A program made the position numbers and the translations under genes. 64,000 nucleotides of DNA from Bdellovibrionales bacterium (GTDB lineage: Bacteria > Bdellovibrionota > Bdellovibrionia > Bdellovibrionales > UBA1609): the NCBI GenBank assembly GCA_027317865.1, contig DAHVQG010000005.1, positions 32,001-96,000 of the forward strand, written 5' to 3'. Below, one piece after another: positions 20,793 to 29,927 of this stretch. The notes under the pieces were generated by a model, which was not told the DNA's origin, searched no databases, and was given only the letters and a program-made list of their open reading frames with translations. The first letter of the stretch is position 1; every line of letters begins with the position of its first letter.

Positions 20793-22480
20793 CCAATAAA
20801 ACGCTTTTGCGTATTATTCGAAAGACGTTTGGGGCGCGTTCAAACGGAGAGCTTGTGGCTTTGCTTGACGAGCGAAGGTCGCAAGTAACAGCGCCTGAAG
20901 CGAAAGTTCAATTTAATGATTTTGCTGATGCCCTTCTCGACTGCCTTGAGACGGTTGACGCGGCAATAACCGATCTTGATCGCGTAATCGATATTCGTGA
21001 TCGAAGTCTTGCTATTAGCTCTAAGGAACTTACCGCGCTCAACGAGCAGATTAGCGACGAAGCGGCAAAGCAGCGGGATGTACTCGATGAGCTCCAAGGA
21101 ATTTTGAGATTGTTGAGTGAAAACTCTGATGGTGTCGAATTTAAATCCGTAGCCGACACCGATGTCGATGCCGAAAAAAGCAATTTAACCGCACTTGTGG
21201 CAAAAGTTGATCAGCTTGTTAAAAATCAAATGAACTCGGCGCGCAATCTAAAAAATCTTTTTGAGGAGGGTCTACGAGTCTCATCGGCGATGGACTTCAA
21301 GTCTCTCGAAAGCCAGCTGCAAGAATCGGCATTGAATATCCTTGGCGTGGGAGTAAACATCAAAATATATTTCGCGGCGTCGCTATTCGGCCGTCGTTCT
21401 TCGAGAAGTGATCTAGCGGACGACGAGGCAAATAAATATTATTCGTGCAATGCCAGCAACGAACCGGACGAGGAGCTTAGCGCTAGATCGTCGCTTGGGC
21501 AGTCTTTTCAAATCGTGAGTTCGTCGAAGAGTAACGGGATATTAGCTTTTGCGAAAATGTCTTTGCAATCGCAGGCCGAAGCCGACTTCGAAAGCGCGGC
21601 ACAGGTAATTGCGGAGTACTGGACGAGACTTCAACCGTTGCTGCCGAATGTGGCAACGACTCTAGAAAATATTCGACTGCTCCAAGATGAAAAGCACCGG
21701 CAACGAATTGAGACGGAATTGCAAACGGCGCGGTTTGTTCAACAAGCCCTGTTGCCTCCGTCGGAACCGCTGGCACTTGGTAACGCACTCGAGGTGTGTG
21801 GTTTCTATCAAAACGCATCGGAGTGCGGTGGAGATTGGTGGTCACATATCAAAATGGCCGATGGGCGGCACGTTGTTTTTGTCGGTGACGTGACCGGGCA
21901 CGGAACTGCAAGCGCGATGGTCTGTGCCGTGGTTAAGGGTTATTGCGATTCATTTTCAGATCGAAGCGGGATAGCGCTTTCGTCTATGCTTGAAGAATTA
22001 AATGAGGTTGTTTACCGGGTGGGCTCGGACGCCGGTAGGGCCATGACGATGGCTGCAATTGCTTTTGACCCGCAGAAGGGCGAGCTAACGCTGGTCAATG
22101 CCGGCCATCCCCCGCCCATTCGAATTCGTTACAATGACGAGGCTAAGGGCGCCAAAGGCGTGAAATCTGTTGTGCAGTATTTAATTGCGCCGACCGGGAC
22201 CATTCTTGGGTTAAACGAAAAGGTCGTTTTTAAGGAGAAAACATTTCCGCTTAAAAAAAATGACGCGATTATTTTGTACTCGGACGGCGTAATTGAATAC
22301 ACGCGACACAATCGCGAAGTCTACGGCGATCGTCGGCTTTACCGTGTTGCCGCGTTGGCCAGCGGTGTGAACTCAACGGCTTACGAATTAAATCAAGCGG
22401 TAATTCGCGATCTGCAAGAATTTGCGCTTGGTGACGAACCGAGTGACGATGTTACGGCGGTTGTAATCAAAGCAATTTAG
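20789..22480 (+). CDS. SpoIIE/PP2C-type Ser phosphatase with N-terminal coiled coil
   Basis: ARFVQQALLP, GGDWW, GDVTGHG, NAGHPPP, YSDGVIE, DDVT; soluble, no TM helix. Confidence 0.92.
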   Translation: MTNKTLLRIIRKTFGARSNGELVALLDERRSQVTAPEAKVQFNDFADALLDCLETVDAAITDLDRVIDIRDRSLAISSKELTALNEQISDEAAKQRDVLDELQGILRLLSENSDGVEFKSVADTDVDAEKSNLTALVAKVDQLVKNQMNSARNLKNLFEEGLRVSSAMDFKSLESQLQESALNILGVGVNIKIYFAASLFGRRSSRSDLADDEANKYYSCNASNEPDEELSARSSLGQSFQIVSSSKSNGILAFAKMSLQSQAEADFESAAQVIAEYWTRLQPLLPNVATTLENIRLLQDEKHRQRIETELQTARFVQQALLPPSEPLALGNALEVCGFYQNASECGGDWWSHIKMADGRHVVFVGDVTGHGTASAMVCAVVKGYCDSFSDRSGIALSSMLEELNEVVYRVGSDAGRAMTMAAIAFDPQKGELTLVNAGHPPPIRIRYNDEAKGAKGVKSVVQYLIAPTGTILGLNEKVVFKEKTFPLKKNDAIILYSDGVIEYTRHNREVYGDRRLYRVAALASGVNSTAYELNQAVIRDLQEFALGDEPSDDVTAVVIKAI

Positions 22481-23319
22481 ACGCCCGTAATCGGCCGGTA
22501 AATCGACGAAACAAATTGGTGTGAACTTGCCGCCAGTTGCCCGGCCGTTTCGGCGTGCAAAGTGGAATATATTGGGGCGCCAAAGGTAACTCGGACTTTC
22601 GCGCGGCGAATGCTCCAAAAATTCCAGAGATGCGAAAAAAAAGGCATGTCACCGTACCAAAAAAGAAGGTCACGATTGAATGGCGTAACGCGCTCATTAT
22701 TAATTGTTTCATAGTTTAAACATGCCGGTAATACAGGTTGTCCACTTATAACTGCGGCGTTGTACAGCGGTTGACGAAATCGCAATACACTTTCACCGTT
22801 TGTGCTTGTCGCCTCGGGGAACACACAAACGTTAAGACGCGAATTTAGGGCCCGTGTCAGTTCTATAATTTCGCTTTCAATATTAGCCTTATTTCTGCGC
22901 TCCACATAAAGACAGCCAGAAAGTCTTGTAAGCCAACCAATAAAAAATGCGTCGCGCATTTCAACTGACGTCACAAACGAAACAGGAAGCAATGAGGACA
23001 ACACCAGCGCGTCGAGGTAGCCAAGATGATTGGAAACAATAAAATTTGAATTAATTCGGCTGGTCGAAGATATATCGACGCCAGGATTTTGCGAATCGAC
23101 ACCAATAGACACTCCAAAAATAAAAAGCAAAAGACGAGAGTGAAGTCGAACCCATCGGGCTAAAAACATGCGCGTTCTAAATTTGTCTCGAGTAAAAAAA
23201 TAAATAAGAATTGCCCCCGAACCATAAGTCAGCACGAGAAGCGAAAACATAGCCAGGCGAAAAACTTGTCGAAAAAAAGTAGTAGCGCGATCGCACGCGT
23301 CACGCATTCGGCGTCTCAC
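22477..23319 (-). CDS. Lysophospholipid acyltransferase (PlsC/OlsA-like)
   Basis: NHLGYLD, FPEATST motifs. The protein reads on the reverse complement (GTG at 23319, TAA at 22477-22479); the ORF track strand label is wrong. Confidence 0.88.
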   Translation of the reverse strand: MRRRMRDACDRATTFFRQVFRLAMFSLLVLTYGSGAILIYFFTRDKFRTRMFLARWVRLHSRLLLFIFGVSIGVDSQNPGVDISSTSRINSNFIVSNHLGYLDALVLSSLLPVSFVTSVEMRDAFFIGWLTRLSGCLYVERRNKANIESEIIELTRALNSRLNVCVFPEATSTNGESVLRFRQPLYNAAVISGQPVLPACLNYETINNERVTPFNRDLLFWYGDMPFFSHLWNFWSIRRAKVRVTFGAPIYSTLHAETAGQLAASSHQFVSSIYRPITGV

Positions 23320-24155
23320 GCAAAAAAATATCGTTTGCTATATTTTGGGTGAACGGCATTTAGATCTAGAGTTATAAGAAAGTCTACGCAGCCAAAAAAA
23401 GTGTCAAGAGCGGGTTCGCTGCAAATGTGAGCCCCGGCCTGAAGATAAGATTTCAGCAGCGCCGGGATTTGCGGCTCTACCGTTTGCCATCCGGGTAATG
23501 AATCGAAATTTGATGGCCTGGGGCACAGATAGCGCGGAGTAACTTTTGCCGCAATTTGAGAATTAAAAAATAACGGGTAAAGATGCCAGTACATCGAATA
23601 AGCGATATCAGGCGAAATTGTTTTTACACTGGCACAACCAAACAAAAATCTCGCGCCGACAAGACTTGCGTAGCGGGCTAAACCCTTCCATACGAGATTA
23701 AGCGTCACACCGTTGCGATGATCGCGGTGAACACACGCGCGGCCAAGTTCGATTTTAACGCCCGGCAAATTTAGAATACGGGCTATGTCGAATTCTTCGC
23801 CGCTATAAAACCGGGAAGAATAGTCCGTGCAGATAACACGGTAAGATCCAAGGATTTCTTTTGTATCGATGTGTTTTACAATGATGTGGTCGGCTAAAAT
23901 ATCAAAGTGATCGAAATCGATCCATCCCGGTTCCGCAGCGGTGGCAAAATCTTCGATAAACGAATGCCGGCGCAGCTCTATAATTTTCAGCAAATCTTCG
24001 GTGGAGGTTGCGACTTCTATGCGGTACGGGCCGCACTCCATTTGAAAAAAAACTTTGGGGGAAAATTTGCGCATGAGATTGCTCACGCGCGCCTTTTCGC
24101 TTTCGTCAAACGACTGGGGCGCTAAACGTTTGAATTCTGTCGTCAAAGCGTTCAT
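23316..24155 (-). CDS. GNAT family N-acyltransferase (OlsB-like)
   Basis: LR..SF, DFDHFD..ADH, GSYR, FYSGEEFD, ELGRACVHRDHR, LFGCAS, PALLKSYL; AAGGAGG RBS. Confidence 0.88.
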   Translation of the reverse strand: MNALTTEFKRLAPQSFDESEKARVSNLMRKFSPKVFFQMECGPYRIEVATSTEDLLKIIELRRHSFIEDFATAAEPGWIDFDHFDILADHIIVKHIDTKEILGSYRVICTDYSSRFYSGEEFDIARILNLPGVKIELGRACVHRDHRNGVTLNLVWKGLARYASLVGARFLFGCASVKTISPDIAYSMYWHLYPLFFNSQIAAKVTPRYLCPRPSNFDSLPGWQTVEPQIPALLKSYLQAGAHICSEPALDTFFGCVDFLITLDLNAVHPKYSKRYFFA

Positions 24156-24275
24156 GGTGCCTCCTTTTTATTATATTTTAGCAAAAACGGTCGCCAAGCG
24201 AGTTAGATCGCGGTGAGGAGATCGCAAGGATAGGATGAGAAAACTCCTCGACGGTTGCGAGGCGAATGTGTCAAA

Positions 24276-24788
24276 ATGGCGTTTGAAATGGGGCGGAAAT
24301 TAAAAATCATTGGAATTCTCCTACTTTTGCTACTCCTGTTGAGCGGGAGTGGTTTTGTACTTTACCGCTACTACAGCTATTTTTTCTCTCGAACAGTGAC
24401 GGGGCTAATCGTAAATGTTGAAAGTGCTACACCCGCAGCCTCTCGAGATATAATGACGTTTGCTGTAGCGATCCAGACTAAAGACGGTGAAATTGTCACC
24501 GGCGCTTCAAACGATCGCGAATGGGCGGTGGCAAGACCGGGGCTTTGCGCGCGAGCTCGGTTTTTTCCGCATCCACCATGGCAACTTGATAAGGCCGGAA
24601 CGTATTTTAACGTGCGCCTACTCAAGCTTTTTGTGTGCCACGAGACTTCGCCACTTTTAAAAGAGGCACCATTAACGCTAATTCCGCCAAGGTCGGCGCC
24701 GGTTCAGCCCAAATCTTCGACGAAGAAAAATGCCGGTAAAAATAAATTACCTAAAACAACAGGCGAAAAGGGTCGTAAAGGTTCATAA
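24276..24788 (+). CDS. Hypothetical membrane-anchored protein
   Basis: One N-terminal TM helix, beta-rich domain with two Cys, basic tail. Confidence 0.6.
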   Translation: MAFEMGRKLKIIGILLLLLLLLSGSGFVLYRYYSYFFSRTVTGLIVNVESATPAASRDIMTFAVAIQTKDGEIVTGASNDREWAVARPGLCARARFFPHPPWQLDKAGTYFNVRLLKLFVCHETSPLLKEAPLTLIPPRSAPVQPKSSTKKNAGKNKLPKTTGEKGRKGS

Positions 24789-26664
24789 AGAACGGATCAA
24801 CAATGTGGTGGGCGGCCATGAGTTCCTCACGGTGCCAATAGTAAAGATGTGTTGCGATCCAACCATATCCGTATTTATAACTTGTTGGATTATTGCTTTC
24901 TGAGAATACGTCTGACGTCGGATAACGGTCGTAATTTGTCATTACATATTTCATTATGGTGCCCGCGTTTTGACGAACTTTGTAGGCGCGCTCGATCCAG
25001 TAATTCCGCAAAATCTTATTGTGCCAATGCTCGATGGCCTCACGTATATCAAGAGCGTCATGCATGCGCAGAAAGGTAACCTGAAGCATTTCGCGAAGTT
25101 CAATGTTTTTAACGCCTTGAATTTGTGGGGCGGCTTGAATTGCTTTTTTTAAAAGCGCAATTTGCCAATCAAGATAGGATTCTTTGTGAAAAAGATCACG
25201 AATCAATACTCGGCGATGTATGGGTTTGTTCCAAGGCAGCTCATCCCAAAAGTTTGATGTCGACAGCGCCTGAATTAATTGTTTGTGTTTAAAATAAAGC
25301 GTTTCAAAGTTGAGAATTTTTTGCCAAACATTTAAATTTTCACCAAGAAGTTGAAGTCCGATCATTGGGTTCCCGGTGTATTCGCTATCGGATTGAAGAG
25401 CGAGATTCCAATCAAAAAGCCAATAGCCCAGTTCTTGCCCGCTAGTGGAATCGAGTACTCCATTAACGCCGAGGTTGACGACGTGTTTATAATCCTGCGC
25501 GCGCGCCACCAAATAGTCGGTGAGAAAAAGTGGCACATCGAGATCCATGCCTATTAAAAAACTGGTCTCGGGAGAGTACCATGTGCGGCGTTGATGAATT
25601 TCTTTGGCCATAAATCGGTCTATGTCCATAAAGTTTTTACGTCCGTACACAGGAGCGTTGTTATCAAGTAGGCCGTAAAACATTGCGGTACGCGCCAACA
25701 CGCCTATATCAGAGGGCCCGCGAGCCGGCAGAAAGTTGTAGTTGCCGTATGTCTCATCGTATTCGTTGGTGGTGTCATTTACTTTTACCATTAGGTACCG
25801 GCCGCGCATTTGAAGTATTGAGCTAATCAACGACAGCCAATGAACGGTTTTGCCATACCATGTGGGGGTAAATGCCGTAAATCCGGTATCGACGCTTAAA
25901 AAATCGAAATCAATTTTATCAATAAGAGTTTCAACGCGGCGGCGTAGAATATCGTCGCTTTCAATTGTGGTAAAAGCCGACCAGAAAGGGAGTAAACGAT
26001 AGCGGCGTTGGTCAATCATCGAAATGCTGACGCCGATGCCAACTTGAATTTGCAAACTGTGGGCTAATTGAATGACCGAGGCATTATGGCGCGCAAACTC
26101 ATTTAGTGTTCCCTTAAGAAGCTCGACCTCCATTAGATTTTGAAAATTTCGCGCAAGCCAAAAAACCGTATCGCGGGCAATTCTTGTATGGCCTTGAAAA
26201 AATCCCGATACCCATTCGTTGGGGTATTCGGTTTGAAAATCAAAACCTCGATGCGCCAGCGCGGGAATCCACGAAAATGTTTGCCCGCAATGAGAGCGCA
26301 AAGCCCCAAGTACCGGACTGATTTGCATTCGCGGATGCGGAAATAAAAAACCCAATTTATGTAAGCCAAAATAAAACGCCGAGACGCTCTCGGGGGCGGG
26401 GCCGCGCACATTCAGTTCGATATGGTTTGCCGTGCAAGTTACGGCAATAGTGGAGGCGACGGTCTTAGCCGACGGAGTCATTTTCGGCGCAACGGCGTGA
26501 ATATTAAAACCAATCAAGTTTGCCGGGAGGTGGGCAGTTACTAAAATTCGATTGAGATCTTGATTGAGGACCATTTGCGTACTTGACGCAATTGCTTGAG
26601 CCGATGTGCTACACAACAGTGCCGAAGCGGATAAAGCAACAATGGCGTTAAGCTTAAAATTCAT
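24751..26664 (-). CDS. Large hypothetical exported protein, possibly glycoside-hydrolase-like TIM barrel
   Basis: Signal peptide, about 637 aa open frame, WIPALAHRGF resembling the P-x-x-x-x-RG entry motif of GH20/GH67-like barrels. Confidence 0.6.
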   Translation of the reverse strand: MNFKLNAIVALSASALLCSTSAQAIASSTQMVLNQDLNRILVTAHLPANLIGFNIHAVAPKMTPSAKTVASTIAVTCTANHIELNVRGPAPESVSAFYFGLHKLGFLFPHPRMQISPVLGALRSHCGQTFSWIPALAHRGFDFQTEYPNEWVSGFFQGHTRIARDTVFWLARNFQNLMEVELLKGTLNEFARHNASVIQLAHSLQIQVGIGVSISMIDQRRYRLLPFWSAFTTIESDDILRRRVETLIDKIDFDFLSVDTGFTAFTPTWYGKTVHWLSLISSILQMRGRYLMVKVNDTTNEYDETYGNYNFLPARGPSDIGVLARTAMFYGLLDNNAPVYGRKNFMDIDRFMAKEIHQRRTWYSPETSFLIGMDLDVPLFLTDYLVARAQDYKHVVNLGVNGVLDSTSGQELGYWLFDWNLALQSDSEYTGNPMIGLQLLGENLNVWQKILNFETLYFKHKQLIQALSTSNFWDELPWNKPIHRRVLIRDLFHKESYLDWQIALLKKAIQAAPQIQGVKNIELREMLQVTFLRMHDALDIREAIEHWHNKILRNYWIERAYKVRQNAGTIMKYVMTNYDRYPTSDVFSESNNPTSYKYGYGWIATHLYYWHREELMAAHHIVDPFFMNLYDPFRLLF

Positions 26665-27421
26665 AACCGACCTGCACATACGAAACGTCTGGCGTGACAA
26701 TCGGGATAATCGTCAAAGATTTAGAGACGTGTTTTAAAGCACTTTCATTTTGGCGATAATAAACGCCAAGTCCGTAAGTAGTACCGATAAGCGCCCCGGC
26801 TGTGACATCGTGTAAATAGTGTTTGTTGTCGTTCATCCGGCTGAAGGCGACAAATGAGGCCAATGCGTATGCCCCGACACCGTAGTACCACGCGTGTTCG
26901 GCGCCAACAATTGAGGCAAAAGCAAACGCAACCGTCGAATGACCGGACGGAAAAGAAGCGAGATCCGGTGAGCCGTTGGGTCTTCGCTCTCGCACAATCG
27001 GCTTGAGTAAGTCCGTAAATACTCCCGAATAAAGTGTGGCTTTTACCATCAGTATGGATCGCTCTAGAGCAAGTGACGAGCCGGTTAGCTCGTAATCGGC
27101 AAGCATGCCCCCGGCGTAGAGGACGTTCGGGATCAGTTTACCCATATAGTTACCGAAATTTGACGTTGTTCCGAGCGGTTGTGTTTCGGCAATATGGGGC
27201 TGAATTTTTTGCGAAAATTGAGCATGTGTAAGAAGAAGAACAGCCTCTACGCCAAGTCCGGGCCAAAGAACTCGCGATGCTGGAGTTGTGACAGGTGATT
27301 CAATATCGCGTTTAGTGCCTTGCCAAAATGTTTCACCGGGTAGAGTCCAAACATTGGCAAACGCAGTCGAAGAAAAAAGAATTAAACTCGCAGCCAGAAA
27401 AATCGAACGCATGAAGTTCAC
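26654..27421 (-). CDS. PAP2 family phosphatase
   Basis: KPIVRERRP, SFPSGH, SRMNDNKHYLHD motifs; signal peptide. Confidence 0.92.
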   Translation of the reverse strand: MNFMRSIFLAASLILFSSTAFANVWTLPGETFWQGTKRDIESPVTTPASRVLWPGLGVEAVLLLTHAQFSQKIQPHIAETQPLGTTSNFGNYMGKLIPNVLYAGGMLADYELTGSSLALERSILMVKATLYSGVFTDLLKPIVRERRPNGSPDLASFPSGHSTVAFAFASIVGAEHAWYYGVGAYALASFVAFSRMNDNKHYLHDVTAGALIGTTYGLGVYYRQNESALKHVSKSLTIIPIVTPDVSYVQVGYEF

Positions 27422-28098
27422 GTTTCTAAACTGAAGGGGTTAAAATCCGTCTGGTAGTCGTAGTAATCCTCTTGTTCGTGGCGCTTGAGAAATGCAACAA
27501 CCTTGTAGGTCACGGGGGTCATGAGTGCCTCCCATAAAACCTTTAAAATATAATTCGTCAGCAGAACGACAAGTACCAAATGCGGCTTCCAGACACCCCA
27601 AAATGCTAGTGGATAAAAAATAAGCGAGTCAATAAATTCGCCGACAATTGTTGAACCGACGGTTCGTGTCCAAAGAAAACGGCCACGTGTCCAAATTTTC
27701 ATTTTTGCAAGAGTAAACGAGTTTGCAAATTCACCAGCGAAGTATGCGGCCAAAGAGGCGATCACGATTCGCGACGTGTCGCCAAACGCGATTTTGTACG
27801 CGGCCTGGTATGGCCAACCGGGCGCGGGTGGTAGATATAAAATGAACCAGGCCATGAAACTCGCAAAACCCATGGCGGCGAAACCGACCCAAACGACTTT
27901 GCGCGAACGTGCATAACCGTAAACTTCAGTCAAAATATCGCCGAAAATGTAGCTGATCGGGAAAAATAAAACGCCGGCACCGAACGTAATGCCCGCGACA
28001 TTGCACACTTTGCCGGCACCGATTAAATTTGAACATAATATTATAGTTACAAATGCGGCCATGACCACGTCATAGTAACGAAAGGACTTGGTGGTCAT
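27418..28098 (-). CDS. Queuosine precursor transporter (VUT/YhhQ family)
   Basis: FPISYIFGDILTEVYGY, RIVIASLAAY, RTVGSTIVGEFIDS. Confidence 0.92.
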   Translation of the reverse strand: MTTKSFRYYDVVMAAFVTIILCSNLIGAGKVCNVAGITFGAGVLFFPISYIFGDILTEVYGYARSRKVVWVGFAAMGFASFMAWFILYLPPAPGWPYQAAYKIAFGDTSRIVIASLAAYFAGEFANSFTLAKMKIWTRGRFLWTRTVGSTIVGEFIDSLIFYPLAFWGVWKPHLVLVVLLTNYILKVLWEALMTPVTYKVVAFLKRHEQEDYYDYQTDFNPFSLET

Positions 28099-28118
28099 AG
28101 CTCGATCTCCAATCAGGT

Positions 28119-29918
28119 TTAAAACGCAGTCGCAGGGGTCTCTTGAACGAGCGGTTGGGTTTCAAGCGCTGGCCGTCTTACAACTAAAAGCGTGCAATCA
28201 TCCTGTAGAGTAAGACCGCCATGAAACTCCCTAAAGTCGGAAACTACAGTACTAATGATGGCGTGGCGCTTAAGCCCGACAGAAACAAGTGATTTAAATA
28301 AGCGCCGCTCACCGAACATGACGTTGTCGCTATTTTGCATTTCGAGAATTCCATCAGTGTATAAAAATAGCGCGTCACCGGGTGAGAGCCGATGTTCTCC
28401 GCTTTCATATTGGGCCATTGGTAAACTGGCAAAAGCGGGTCCGGGCGGCACGTCTAAAAATTCAAGATCTTTCTTTTTTAAATCTTCTTTGTACGGAAGA
28501 TAAACGGCGGGATGGTGGCTGGCGTTACAGTACTCAACTACTCCATCAGCTTTACGATATTTGCCCAAGAAAAACGTCATCGTCGTCGCACCCTTTGACA
28601 TCGAATAAAGCGCTTCGTTGATATATGTCATGAGTTCTGGAAGAGTCGTACTGGGGATGTGTGTCAATGTCGCAAAGGCACTACGCGCAGCGCTTGTCAT
28701 AAGTGCGGCTGGAGCGCCGTGTCCGGTTACGTCACCGACGCAAAAAAGTACGTGCTCCGGAAAGTCTTGATAAAACCACCAGTCACCCGAGCACTCCGAC
28801 GCGGATTCGTAAAAACCTTCGATTTCAATATCTTCAGTCTTAAGATTGCCCTGCGGGAACAATTGTTCCTGCACGGCCTTTGCGGTTTTGAGCTCGTTTG
28901 CCATGCGCGCTTTTTCAGCGGTTTCGGCAAGTAGCCGCTTAATCTCACCGGCCATGGCGTTAAATCGGCTGGCCAAGATCCCCACTTCGTCGCGTTCGCG
29001 CGGCACAATGTTGAGATTGAAATCGCCCTGCGAAATTTTGATTGTTGCGGCCGTCAAGTCGCTAAGAGTTTGGGTTATACGTCCGGTACTAAAAATACTT
29101 ATCGCAATGATGAGGAATATTAAAAATACTGAAAATAAAATTGTTTTGAGTTCTAATTTTTGGGTTGCTAAAAACGCCACTTTTCTAGGTGTGCCCGCGA
29201 GGATAAAAAGATTTCCGAAAGCCAGACGTGAAATACCGATAAGCCAATTCTCGTTGTTGATTTTAAGGGTTTCCGTTTTGACCGCGAAAGGCCCGAGCTC
29301 TCGGGCGAATGAAATATTCGAAAAATTCGGATGTTGAAAAAACTGAGGATGCGCCGGAGCAATTAGAACTTTGCTGTTCGGACCAACCACAAAGTAATCT
29401 TGCACGCCGGTATTGTTCTCAATAAATGAAAATGGGTTGTCATTCCATATTGATTCAAGAAGGTAACCGGAGGCGCCGTTAATACGGGCCGTCAACCGCC
29501 AATCTTTTGAATTGGGGATTTGCTCGATATCAACTGACGTCGAGGTCAGGATCGGTGTTTTCGCGCGAAATTCATTTCGGCCGTCGCGGGACCATTCAAG
29601 ATTTGGCGCAATCGGTGCGCCTGGTTTACGAAGCGCAATGGCTTCAAGATCGTGCATGCTTAAAAAGGACTTAGCCGTTGCTTTTGTGATTCCCGTATTT
29701 TGATTGATCTGAGCGACCAGCGGTGCAAGTGCGCGTAGCCGGCTCTTCAATAGGAGATTGATAATTTCGGCGCCATGAATAGCGGCCTGCGTGTTGGAAT
29801 CGAGCACGTATGCGACTTTGTCCCGGCGAAAATCGTGAAGCGCCACAAATGCAAACAGTGCGAGCGAACCGATGCTCGTAATGAGTGTAAATAAAATCAG
29901 CTTTTTACGAAGCGACAT
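28119..29918 (-). CDS. Membrane-bound SpoIIE/PP2C phosphatase with periplasmic sensor and HAMP domain
   Basis: Two TM helices, HAMP RDEVGILASRFNAM, SGDWW, GDVTGHG, YTDG, DDCT. Confidence 0.92.
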   Translation of the reverse strand: MSLRKKLILFTLITSIGSLALFAFVALHDFRRDKVAYVLDSNTQAAIHGAEIINLLLKSRLRALAPLVAQINQNTGITKATAKSFLSMHDLEAIALRKPGAPIAPNLEWSRDGRNEFRAKTPILTSTSVDIEQIPNSKDWRLTARINGASGYLLESIWNDNPFSFIENNTGVQDYFVVGPNSKVLIAPAHPQFFQHPNFSNISFARELGPFAVKTETLKINNENWLIGISRLAFGNLFILAGTPRKVAFLATQKLELKTILFSVFLIFLIIAISIFSTGRITQTLSDLTAATIKISQGDFNLNIVPRERDEVGILASRFNAMAGEIKRLLAETAEKARMANELKTAKAVQEQLFPQGNLKTEDIEIEGFYESASECSGDWWFYQDFPEHVLFCVGDVTGHGAPAALMTSAARSAFATLTHIPSTTLPELMTYINEALYSMSKGATTMTFFLGKYRKADGVVEYCNASHHPAVYLPYKEDLKKKDLEFLDVPPGPAFASLPMAQYESGEHRLSPGDALFLYTDGILEMQNSDNVMFGERRLFKSLVSVGLKRHAIISTVVSDFREFHGGLTLQDDCTLLVVRRPALETQPLVQETPATAF

Positions 29919-29927
29919 GATTCCCCC

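Noticed and set aside
22477-23319. ORF track lists the acyltransferase on the + strand
   Set aside because: MRRRMRDACDRAT is encoded by the reverse complement ending at 23319, with its stop at 22477-22479, so the gene is on the - strand.
24180-24197. sigma54-like TTGGCGACCGTTTTTGCT before the olsB-like gene
   Set aside because: Spacing is 11 nt; the adjacent TATAAT fits a sigma70 promoter better.
28099-28118. preQ1 riboswitch before the queuosine precursor transporter
   Set aside because: The intergenic gap is only 20 nt and has no preQ1 motif.
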